Assembly: GCA_018985225.1 (NCBI GenBank)
Contig: JADGIF010000114.1
Coordinates: 1 to 19,003 of the forward strand
Reading direction: 5' to 3'
DNA from: Amoeboradix gromovi X-113
Lineage: Eukaryota; Fungi; Sanchytriomycota
DNA length: 19,003 nucleotides
Shown: positions 1 through 8,461 of the stretch, one piece after another
Layout of the letters: each line of letters opens with the position of its first letter
How positions within the stretch are numbered: the stretch's first letter is position 1
Made by a program: the position numbers and the translations under genes
The notes under the pieces: model-generated
The model's input: the letters and a program-made list of their open reading frames with translations, nothing else
Told to the model about the DNA's origin: nothing
The model's database searches: none

Positions 1-189
1 ATCTGTACAAAGTGTCATTTGAAGACAGATATAGATCATATGGCTGCAAGGAACATATAGAAGTATCTGCATCCTTATTTAATCCCACCTCAGGGTAGTG
101 AAAGCGTGACCAATCACTGTAACGGAGATCTAGCATTAGTTTCTCTGTGGAAATTCTCTATTTTCTCGGAAATCAGGACTTTTAACGAG
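1..189 (+). mobile_element. 3' end of a TnpB/Fanzor-like element (copy 1): nuclease C-terminus plus conserved right end, 5'-truncated by the window edge
   Basis: Frame +1 from base 1 reads ICTKCHLKTDIDHMAARNI* (TAG 58-60), matching the TnpB/Fanzor C-terminal CxxC zinc ribbon plus RuvC-III DRDxN(A/G)ARNI motif. Bases 61-189 recur at 5554-5685. Confidence 0.75.
61..189 (+). ncRNA. putative omegaRNA scaffold, copy 1
   Basis: Lies directly after the RuvC-III motif; 120/129 identical to copy 2 by manual alignment; stems GTGA-ccaa-TCAC, ACGGAGA..TCTCTGT and TTTC-tcg-GAAA; homology ends at TTTAACGAG. The true 5' boundary is unknown. Confidence 0.55.
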
Positions 190-352
190 TAGTAGCCATC
201 CAGAAAAAAATGTCATAAAGATGAATGTGATGCCAGTCTTGATGAAACTCCGGCTTGTACATCTGATATGCTTTAAACGACACCTGACCAAGTTATATAC
301 TTTGGAGACAAGGAACTTCAAGTTCTAAGTTAGCGGATGATAAATAAACTAT

Positions 353-1468
353 TTATTTTCCACCCAACAAAGGCTCGCCTTTCACTTTTGAGTGCGCAGA
401 TAGCAATGACTCACTATCAGGATCACCAATAACCATCTTTGCAGAATAGTTTGTACCTGTCTTCAATTCTGCCATCTCAACATTTTCTCCTTCCAATTCA
501 TCATCTACTGGTTTCGCCTTTTGAGCAGCATTCTTCTTTGAAATATACTCCATATACTTTTCCCTTGCAATCAAATAAGTTACTAATCCTACCAAGCCGC
601 AACCTATGACTCCGGTCAATTGGACATTCTCGCCAAAGATCAATATTCCGTAAATAAATCCAAACACAATATCCATGTTTCTTATGATACTACCTGATCC
701 AGCAGGTGCTCTTTGCAATCCGATGTTCAAAATGATCTGACCCATTAGATATCCTACAGTTACAATCTCAATATTTACCCATTCTAGTACTGAAGGCCAT
801 TTATGAGGGGTTTTAGTGGCAAAATAGAGTGGTATTGATATCAAAAACGATGGCCATACGAAGTGCCAAACCATCGTTAAGTATGATACACCTAAGCCAA
901 TCTTTCTAATCAAAACAAAATTAAATGCATTCATTACGGAACCAATTAGCGCGACAGTAATCGCAACTGATCTATACGGATACTCTGATGTCCCTGCGCG
1001 TTTTCCGAAGATGAATGAGGGCCTAGAAACTAGTACTATTCCAAAAAACCCAATTATTAAGCTGGCAATCTTCGTAGGCGTCAAAGGCTCATTTAGCATA
1101 AACCTAGCTAAGAATAGAGTTAAAAGAGGGCCCACAAACAGTATAACATTAACATCACTCAATTCCATGTTGACTATTGCCCAAAATTGTGAAGTAACTG
1201 CGGCAGCGCCTAAAAATCCACGTAATACAAGTAACTTTCGATGCTCCACAGGTCCCAAAAAGTCAGCATTTTTTATTTTACAGAGAATAAACATTAAAAT
1301 AAGCTGTCCTAAGCTTCTAATAAAAATAATTTCAACGCTCGGCAATGCAGTAGCTGCTTTCTTTAGAAATACAGCAGAAGTTGATAAAGTGAATGATGAT
1401 AAGAGCACCATCAACATACCTTGAACCTCTTGCTTAGAATTTGACTGATTTGAAGTAGTTGATGACAT
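353..1468 (-). CDS. EamA/DMT-superfamily transporter (SLC35G-like)
   Basis: About 10 hydrophobic segments in two EamA repeats (LVLRGFLG; LARFMLNEPLT; YGILIFGE). First ATG is at 1468 (the track start at 1474 is TTG). AATAAA overlaps the stop codon. Confidence 0.9.
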   Translation of the reverse strand: MSSTTSNQSNSKQEVQGMLMVLLSSFTLSTSAVFLKKAATALPSVEIIFIRSLGQLILMFILCKIKNADFLGPVEHRKLLVLRGFLGAAAVTSQFWAIVNMELSDVNVILFVGPLLTLFLARFMLNEPLTPTKIASLIIGFFGIVLVSRPSFIFGKRAGTSEYPYRSVAITVALIGSVMNAFNFVLIRKIGLGVSYLTMVWHFVWPSFLISIPLYFATKTPHKWPSVLEWVNIEIVTVGYLMGQIILNIGLQRAPAGSGSIIRNMDIVFGFIYGILIFGENVQLTGVIGCGLVGLVTYLIAREKYMEYISKKNAAQKAKPVDDELEGENVEMAELKTGTNYSAKMVIGDPDSESLLSAHSKVKGEPLLGGK

Positions 1469-1640
1469 TTTCAAAGTAAAGCCACTCTACGTTCAACGAA
1501 GGTCAAAAGACACAAACCATTTAAAACTCGAATTTAAGCTGTTATTAATGAAATTCTCGCCAGCGAAGCTATTTTTAAATTATCCGCATTAAAACTAACT
1601 CTTACTCTTCAAGTGATACCCCGTCGAAACCCGTCACAAA

Positions 1641-3422
1641 ATGATTTCGTCTATTCAATTCAGCCGTCGTGTGAATGGTAAGAGAGTCCTCGAACCATAC
1701 CTCATTGAGGACCCTAAGCTGAGGAATAATGCCAAAGAAATTGCTGCCTTTAAGATTATTGATGCTCCTAGATTAAATCGAACTGTGGTATTTCACTGCG
1801 GTGTCCCAAACTCAGGAAAAACATATTCTGCCCTACTAGAGCTCCAGAAAGCTAAAAAAGGAATTTATTGTGCCCCTTTAAGATTAATGGCGTATGAAGT
1901 GTATGAGAATTTGACGAAATTAGGAATTAACTGCAATTTGCTAACAGGTGAAGAACAGATCATGGAACATAAGCATCCTCAGATTGTTTGCTGTACAATC
2001 GAAATGACTCCTTTCGCAGTTGACTACGACATTGCTATAATTGATGAGATTCAAATGATGAATTGTAAAAGTCGCGGTTTTGCCTGGACTCGTGCCTATC
2101 TAAAACTTAAGAGCAAAACCCTCCATGTTTGTGGTGACGTTCTTGCTTTGCCTCTGATGGAGCGTCTTAGCACTGTCACTAACGATTCCATTTCTACCGT
2201 CAAATATCTGAGAAAGACGCCCCTAGTCCTAGACACTCCTTTGAGTGGCAACTATAGTAACCTAAAGAAAGGGGATGCAGTTGCAGTATTTAGCCGACAA
2301 GCGGTGTTCGAATACAAAAGGTTAATAGAGTCAAACACAAACTTTAAGTGTGCCGTGATTTATGGGGCCTTACCTAAGCAACCTCGATGCAATCAAGCCG
2401 ATATGTTTAACTCAGGCTTGCGAGAGATTTTAGTCTGTACTGATGCTATTGGTCTTGGCTTGAATTTAAACATTAAACGTGTTGTCTTCATGACTTTAAA
2501 GCGCAAAATTTTCAGGGAATTCGTGCCTGTCGAGCATTCTCAAATCCACCAAATTGCTGGCAGAGCAGGTAGATTTGGTATATTTGAAAAAGGTTACACT
2601 ACTACATTCCACAACAATGATTTTAAATTACTTAGTGATCAAATCAGCAGTTCGCCTAGTGAGCCTATTAAAATGGGATTCTTTCCTAGCTACGAGCAGC
2701 TGACGAAGTTTAAAAAGTGTCTGCCATTTGTCAACAAATTTTCCCAATTAATTTCGACTTTTCAGAAATACTCTGCATGCGAGGCAGAAGACGCATTCCT
2801 ATGTGATATGAACTCCTTTGTTAGCCGCGTCAATCTTTTAGATACAGTGGCATTAAGGCTTCAAGATATTTATTATTTCTGTTTAGCGCCGTGTAATGTT
2901 AGCTGTCCTAAATCTAGCGCGACTTTATTGGCGTATGCTAAAGCATTCAGTGCGGAAAAGTATGTTGATATTGTTGACTTGCTGACCAAACTTTTTCCTG
3001 ACCTTCTGCACCCATCCTTTAATAATGAAGTAGTTTGGGGAATAATGGATGAATGCCAACAGCCAAGTCAATTCTCAGAATTAGCAAGTGATTTAGTTGT
3101 ATTCAATGGTATAACATATGATTCACCTCTAATTAAAGAGCTAGAAGTATTTTATCGTGTTCTATCGTTGATTTCATATCTAAGATTCAGACATGACAAA
3201 TTAACTGCATTCGTCAAGAAGGGATACTCACATTTCAACACATGGTTCTTGCTAGACTACCTGAAGACAGCAGCAGAAGACAGCTTGACCGATATCATGA
3301 ATTTGGATTCTGAAGTGGATGAGCTGGATGTATTTGATGATTTGGATGAATTTGAAGGTGATGGTGACTTACTGGCAGATTTGGATATAGCAATGCAGAA
3401 CTATATGATGCTAAATAAATGA
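1641..3422 (+). CDS. SUV3: SUV3-family ATP-dependent RNA helicase (mitochondrial degradosome type)
   Basis: Motifs GVPNSGKT, YCAPLRLMAYE, IIDEIQM, RGFAWT, IYGALP, TDAIGLGLNLNIKRVVF and QIAGRAGRFG, all typical of SUV3. Confidence 0.92.
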   Translation: MISSIQFSRRVNGKRVLEPYLIEDPKLRNNAKEIAAFKIIDAPRLNRTVVFHCGVPNSGKTYSALLELQKAKKGIYCAPLRLMAYEVYENLTKLGINCNLLTGEEQIMEHKHPQIVCCTIEMTPFAVDYDIAIIDEIQMMNCKSRGFAWTRAYLKLKSKTLHVCGDVLALPLMERLSTVTNDSISTVKYLRKTPLVLDTPLSGNYSNLKKGDAVAVFSRQAVFEYKRLIESNTNFKCAVIYGALPKQPRCNQADMFNSGLREILVCTDAIGLGLNLNIKRVVFMTLKRKIFREFVPVEHSQIHQIAGRAGRFGIFEKGYTTTFHNNDFKLLSDQISSSPSEPIKMGFFPSYEQLTKFKKCLPFVNKFSQLISTFQKYSACEAEDAFLCDMNSFVSRVNLLDTVALRLQDIYYFCLAPCNVSCPKSSATLLAYAKAFSAEKYVDIVDLLTKLFPDLLHPSFNNEVVWGIMDECQQPSQFSELASDLVVFNGITYDSPLIKELEVFYRVLSLISYLRFRHDKLTAFVKKGYSHFNTWFLLDYLKTAAEDSLTDIMNLDSEVDELDVFDDLDEFEGDGDLLADLDIAMQNYMMLNK

Positions 3423-3506
3423 GTTATGTTATAGCCGTGTTTTCGTTCTTTTTACAAACTAGCTGAATATGAATTATTTTTTAATTCATCCTGATACTCC
3501 CCTATC

Positions 3507-4160
3507 ATGTTTGCTTCAATTGTTAAAGTTTATGTAGTTATACTACATTTGACTGTAGTATTCATACTGCTAGATTATCATCATGTAATATATCCAATAG
3601 ATATAGAGCTAACAAAGGTCGGACGATTGTTTGATTACGCTTTTATAAGGCAGATATCAATGAAAACGGATCTTCCAAAAAGCGATTCAAACTGGCCATT
3701 GCTGATACATTCGACCAAGCCATTGTTTTCCCCAATTGAGAATGTAATTGTGCATTCAGATCATGATTCATTCGTCCATAACAATTTTCCATATCTAATG
3801 CACTTGTACACCAAAGGACCGTTAAAAGATGATCTTGTTAGGATTCTGTACACTATGCATTTTGGTGGATATTATTACATCAACCTCAGTAACATAAAAT
3901 ATCATCCCAAAGTATCGCGAATTAAAACTATGGATCTTAGTGGTCCACTGATTGTATACACTGTAAATAAAGACGTAGTAGCATTGCTTAGTATGCCTGG
4001 TGCTGTATTTTGGAAATACGCAATTCAATTGATTAACATGCGAATGCCTATATGGAAAATTCATCCGTCTTCTGATTTTGTAGTTGGATCAACTATGATT
4101 GCAGATGCACTAAAATTATACGAAGAAAATGATGGTCAAGTGGAATGGGTACATATGTAG
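3507..4160 (+). CDS. degenerate GT32 (SUR1/CSH1/OCH1-like) glycosyltransferase homologue with N-terminal membrane anchor; 3' end uncertain
   Basis: N-terminal TM; WPLLIHST (cf. IPKIIHQT), FVHNNFPYL, DDLVRILYTMHFGGYY (cf. DxxRYxxLYxxGGxY) and SMPGAVFW (cf. SxPxHPF). The DxD motif is absent. Confidence 0.65.
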   Translation: MFASIVKVYVVILHLTVVFILLDYHHVIYPIDIELTKVGRLFDYAFIRQISMKTDLPKSDSNWPLLIHSTKPLFSPIENVIVHSDHDSFVHNNFPYLMHLYTKGPLKDDLVRILYTMHFGGYYYINLSNIKYHPKVSRIKTMDLSGPLIVYTVNKDVVALLSMPGAVFWKYAIQLINMRMPIWKIHPSSDFVVGSTMIADALKLYEENDGQVEWVHM

Positions 4161-4852
4161 ACCATCTATTTTCTAATTCCAGGACCACTGCTTGATGAAG
4201 CAATAGACTTGTTTAGTGGCTTGCCGGGTTGCAAAACATATGTTCTAATATATTCTACACAACGCTACGGAGGTTGATAATTAAAAAAATTCTGGATTCC
4301 CACGATACGAGTAACACAAGTCGATCAAAACAGGTTTGAATATTTAAGTAAATTGTTAGCACTTTAAAATCACATGCTCTCTTGCTTGTATCTACCGCAT
4401 AGAAGTCTCGCGTTTTCAGAAGCTGGTGTTTATATTTGGGAAACAATCAGTATAATTAGAAAACTTTGGTCAATTATATTGTCGGGCAGGCATGTACCCT
4501 ATAACATCACCAATACCTTCAGAGACAGTTAGCTTTGATGATTCTTCCCTGCTAGCTAGGTCATCCGCAGTTTCTCAATTGATTTTGGCTTGAGAGTAGC
4601 TAGAGACGCAACCATATTTAGATCCACGACTACGTCATGGTGCGAGCGCTGGTGTAACCTTGGACCTCTAGGATATTGTCATCCACTTTCTCCCTGTTTA
4701 AACTTCATTTGGCATCATGTCCCATCACTGCCCTCAGTCCTGCTAATCTCAGTATTTTATTTTTCGAAGTACTCTTACTTGGCATCGCTAAAATCTGAGA
4801 AACGCCTTAATTAAGGTCTTTAATGTTGAAATTAAGTGGTAATAAAATTTAT

Positions 4853-5158
4853 TTAAAGAGAGGTAGCATTGACAGCAACTATCTTCAACTTGTCGCAATG
4901 TAAAGACTCTTGTTCGGTTTTAATGGAACAGCCTCTGATTATAAATGTCCAGACTTCATCACAGAATCTGTATGTGCTTAGAGTACCTTTAAGAGTAACT
5001 TTGTGTTTGGTAGCAGATAATTGATTACTTAACTCCTGATCGAATTCCTTTAAAACTTGAAGTGCCAGTGCTGGTGTTAATTTCTTTTCCCTAACTAATT
5101 CGTCTAGTGCTTCAGTAAGTGCTGTTCCAATTGTAGTTCCTCTATATAATTCAGACAT
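4853..5158 (-). CDS. TOA2: transcription initiation factor TFIIA gamma (small) subunit
   Basis: ELYRGTTIGTALTEALDEL, LKGTLSTYRFCDEVWTF and DKLKIVA signatures; 101 aa. Confidence 0.96.
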   Translation of the reverse strand: MSELYRGTTIGTALTEALDELVREKKLTPALALQVLKEFDQELSNQLSATKHKVTLKGTLSTYRFCDEVWTFIIRGCSIKTEQESLHCDKLKIVAVNATSL

Positions 5159-5413
5159 AATAAAACAGTGGTTGGAGGAGAGATATTTAAAATTTAATAA
5201 AACTGCAGTTGGTATACCAAATATAAAAACTAGATTAACTCGTTTTTAAAGAAGGTGCACCATACGGAGGAAATGCTATCATTAATAAAAGAGTTTTTAC
5301 ACAGTAGTAGTGATATTTTATTTGAAAGAGTAAGAGAATAGCTCTACAGAATATTTATTTTCCTTTTATACTCATCAACTCCGCAACTAGCTGAATGTCC
5401 ACTCGCCTCTTAA

Positions 5414-5685
5414 ATCCATAAAATTAATAAAGCTGAGATAATGTTCCAAGTTGTTACTGAAAGTTAGTCCAGTTTTTATATTTAATGTCCCAAGTGTAAA
5501 AAAGTCATTTGACATTTGATAAAAACTACATGGCAGCATGGAACATGTACATCAAGTATCTGCATCCTTATTCAATCCCGCCTCAGGGTAGAGAAAGCGT
5601 GAGTAATCACTTTAACGGAGATCTAGCATTGCTAGTTTCTCTGTGGAAATTCTCGATTTTCTCTGAAATCAGGTCTTTTAACGAG
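5414..5685 (+). mobile_element. decayed, internally deleted TnpB/Fanzor-like element (copy 2) with intact right end
   Basis: One frame reads INKAEIMFQVVTES*SSFYI*CPKC (cf. KA..V.VxExYTSK..F.CxxC); after a frameshift it continues HLTFDKNYMAAWNMYIKYL; then comes the segment shared with 61-189. The left boundary is not resolved. Confidence 0.72.
5554..5685 (+). ncRNA. putative omegaRNA scaffold, copy 2
   Basis: Stems GTGA-gtaa-TCAC (GNRA loop), ACGGAGA-t-CTAGC-att-GCTAG-tt-TCTCTGT and GATTTT-ctct-GAAATC; ends at TTTAACGAG as in copy 1. Confidence 0.55.
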
Positions 5686-5994
5686 GAGAATTACTCAGAT
5701 GGCGATTAACAATGTTGGTAAGGAGGAAATAAAAGTAAAACTATTTGGCCGAATTAAAATATGATAGAATGACGTCCCTAAAACCATTCCGTCCTAGCTT
5801 TAACAGTGGGTGCCCATATGTTCGATGATAAAGGGATATCGATCTCTTCGAAGCACGCATCTTGAATCAACTCAAAGTCTTTGAAAATATGTTTGCGTTA
5901 AGATCATGAATAAGCTACTCTTTGGATATTGTTTTAGTAAAAATCATTTATTTAAATCGCATTGTTGCTAAAATCTGAATTTTTAAAAATACAA

Positions 5995-6257
5995 CGCGGT
6001 ACCGCTAATTGGTGGTATATCGCGTAAAATGACGCGTTTATTACAACGGTTCGCCTTGTCTTTTAGTCAACGCAACATTTAAAGCTTTAAATTCAGCATG
6101 TTTTTATGATTTCGAATTACGGAAGTAATTTCAAGTTGTTGATTTTCAAAAAAATGGCTATCATATCAAATGTCTTTCTCTTGGGTACCCATATCTCGAT
6201 TTATGGGCTTATATAAATCTATCGCCTAACATGCATGCTCAACATTTTGGTCACGTG
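5995..6257 (+). promoter_or_regulatory. candidate promoter of the C2H2 gene
   Basis: CGCG cluster (5995, 6021, ACGCGT 6032-6037, MCB-like), TATATAAA 6210-6217 and CACGTG 6252-6257 upstream of ATG 6295. These are motif matches only. Confidence 0.3.
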
Positions 6258-6294
6258 GACTCCTTTATACATATAGACGATATCAGCATACAGT

Positions 6295-7029
6295 ATGAGC
6301 CACATGGAAAATGCTTTATTTAATCAAATCGGTCCCACTTATGACACCAACATGACAGCCACACAAATTACTGTAACCCAAAGTAATCAGGATGAATGCC
6401 AACTTTTGAGTCATCCAATGCCCATTCCTAGTAACAACCTATATTTGCATCCTCAATATGCATATCCAGGTAGCACTACATTTGAGCATCAGTTTGAGTC
6501 GTTTAGTCCAGATGAGTTTAATTTAAACGAGGTTGTTGACAATCAGTATCTATTGCCTGGGAATCCCTGCTCTCCTTCTGTGGATGAGTATGGATATTTG
6601 AGCGCTTCCCAGTATTCTCAGTATTCCCAAGATGAATTTACGCCATACTCGACATCACCCATGGAGGATTTTACAGAATTCAACGCGATTCATTCTAATC
6701 GATCAGTCTCACCATATCCTGATAGCATGTACTATAGCGACAGATCCCTAAGCCCTATGCCGCAAGACTCAATGGTTTACGAGCCAATGCTGGCCCCCAA
6801 TGACGATTATTATGTAAAAGAGAGACGCCGATCTATTTCCAATGACAGATCTAGTGAAAAGGGAAGAAGAAGACGTAGAAAACATAACCAAATAGTGCGG
6901 AAGTACGAATGCGATTACCCTGACTGTACAAAAAGCTATGGAACTGTAACCCATCTGAATACGCACAGGACCCAAAAGAATCACGGTGCACGGCTAACTA
7001 AGCAGGATTTTAATGAAGACATGGGATAG
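6295..7029 (+). CDS. single C2H2 zinc-finger transcription factor, Con7-like
   Basis: RRRRRKHNQIVRKYECDYPDCTKSYGTVTHLNTHRTQKNHG resembles the fungal Con7-type finger with a basic N-flank; low-complexity S/P/Y/acidic N-terminus. Confidence 0.85.
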   Translation: MSHMENALFNQIGPTYDTNMTATQITVTQSNQDECQLLSHPMPIPSNNLYLHPQYAYPGSTTFEHQFESFSPDEFNLNEVVDNQYLLPGNPCSPSVDEYGYLSASQYSQYSQDEFTPYSTSPMEDFTEFNAIHSNRSVSPYPDSMYYSDRSLSPMPQDSMVYEPMLAPNDDYYVKERRRSISNDRSSEKGRRRRRKHNQIVRKYECDYPDCTKSYGTVTHLNTHRTQKNHGARLTKQDFNEDMG

Positions 7030-7067
7030 CTGCTAAAAATATTTAATGAATAAATTTATTCGCTTTT

Positions 7068-7934
7068 TTAATCTTTTGCTTCTTCTTCTTCTTCGACAAA
7101 ATCACCAAAATTGTCAATCTCGTTCTGACGGCTTTGGAATGACTTGAAATTCTCTTTACCATCATATATTGACGCTGCGACTTTCAATCCGTCAAATATA
7201 CGACCATTCATCAGTTCAACACAGGCTTGCGCTGCTAACTCATCTTGATATTTGATGCAAATGATGCCTTCAGGGTGTAAATCATACATCACTATGCGGT
7301 TAACCTGTCCTACCTTTTCTGCCTCAGTTCTCACATCATCTTTGATATCTATCAGTAGTGCAGGGTCCTTCTCAAAATCTACAGGATTAAACATATGTCG
7401 CAAGACAACAGTTTTCAAGTGCTTCTTACTAGTTTCCATTTCAAACCATTCCAATTTCTTCTCCAACTTCTGTCTTTTACTCATAGTAGGCTGCTTATTT
7501 CTGGTCTTTTTAGATTTGCTATCTTTTGGTTTCCCATAATCCAGTATCATTGCCCTGCTTATATTCATCAGCTGGCCCTCGCCTCGAAGTGATGTCTCAT
7601 CGTAAAGCTGTATGGCCAGGTCAACACTCGCTTCTTTAAGAAATGTAATCATAGCATCATTTTTACCAAATAGTTTTATTTTAGGCAAATCATGATCATC
7701 CACCATTATTATGCCGCACTTCTTAAAGTAAGTTTGCAGTTCCATAATCGTAGCATCTTTCGGTATATTCTCTATATATATTGCTGTTTTTGATTGTATT
7801 TGTTGTAGCCATTTACCGTGTTTATAAATCCATGTAATATTTTCACTGGTTGTGGATATTTCATTTCCGTCTATCCTTAACAAACTTTTTTGCTCATCAG
7901 TGCAGTTATTCGGGTCAAAGTCTGGTTTACCCAT
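7068..7934 (-). CDS. CUS2: U2 snRNP-associated splicing factor CUS2/TAT-SF1 (RRM + UHM)
   Basis: RRM1 TAIYIENIP..FKKCGII..PKIKL..KEASVDLAIQLYD; UHM TVVLRHMF..DIKDDVRTE..HPEG..MNGRIFDG. Confidence 0.9.
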   Translation of the reverse strand: MGKPDFDPNNCTDEQKSLLRIDGNEISTTSENITWIYKHGKWLQQIQSKTAIYIENIPKDATIMELQTYFKKCGIIMVDDHDLPKIKLFGKNDAMITFLKEASVDLAIQLYDETSLRGEGQLMNISRAMILDYGKPKDSKSKKTRNKQPTMSKRQKLEKKLEWFEMETSKKHLKTVVLRHMFNPVDFEKDPALLIDIKDDVRTEAEKVGQVNRIVMYDLHPEGIICIKYQDELAAQACVELMNGRIFDGLKVAASIYDGKENFKSFQSRQNEIDNFGDFVEEEEEAKD

Positions 7935-8461
7935 CGTTCTCCTTGTTACATGCTGTAGCAGAGAAAATCACCTCGCAAGTTTTACACTGATATGATGCTA
8001 CAACGTAGTGGCAATCAATTCTTCTGGGCGAACCAGTACTTTCTCTTTCTGCTAGCAGACGTTCGACGAGCTGAACGGTTTATTGTCTTTATAACCTTTC
8101 GTTTAGGGTAGTGACTGCTAACCTCTGTAGAAGCAGGTTTCTTTTTTTCGGTGGTACGTCCTTTCTTAAATGGGCAATTTAGCAAAACAGTGTTTAAAAC
8201 TACACCCAGGTTTTCTGAAAATTAGCGCAACCAAATATGTTCATTCTCTTTGCTACCAAAGATGAATTGGGTGCAAAGCGTCGTAATATGCTAATTTCAT
8301 AGAAAATAACACGAAATAAATATATTGTTCTTAACGTAAAAGCTCGATTGCTAGAAAAATGTATTGCTGTTAATTGTTGGGGTAGATGGATCATAGTTGC
8401 CCAGTTAGTTTGATTATACCAATCACCCGTTTTATTAAATTAGCACACTAGTGCTCTAGTT

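Noticed and set aside
136-321. 61-aa minus-strand ORF
   Set aside because: TTG start, antisense across the element end, no recognisable features.
1011-1424. Antisense ORFs within real genes (also 7252-7592, 11742-13235, 14858-15361, 17241-18135 and others)
   Set aside because: Shadow frames of well-supported genes on the opposite strand.
4158-4160. Stop-codon reassignment (TAR = Gln)
   Set aside because: Conserved genes end at TAA, TAG and TGA at expected positions and have no internal stops.
4472-4575. Minus-strand peptide DVIGYMPARQ resembling an ADA2 motif
   Set aside because: Short match bounded by stops, with no other ADA2 features.
5509-5709. 66-aa ORF as a real small gene
   Set aside because: TTG start; it is the frameshifted tail of the Fanzor-like relic read through the scaffold.
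8015-8220. Basic minus-strand open frame upstream of CUS2
   Set aside because: No ATG and no motif; probably promoter or UTR sequence.
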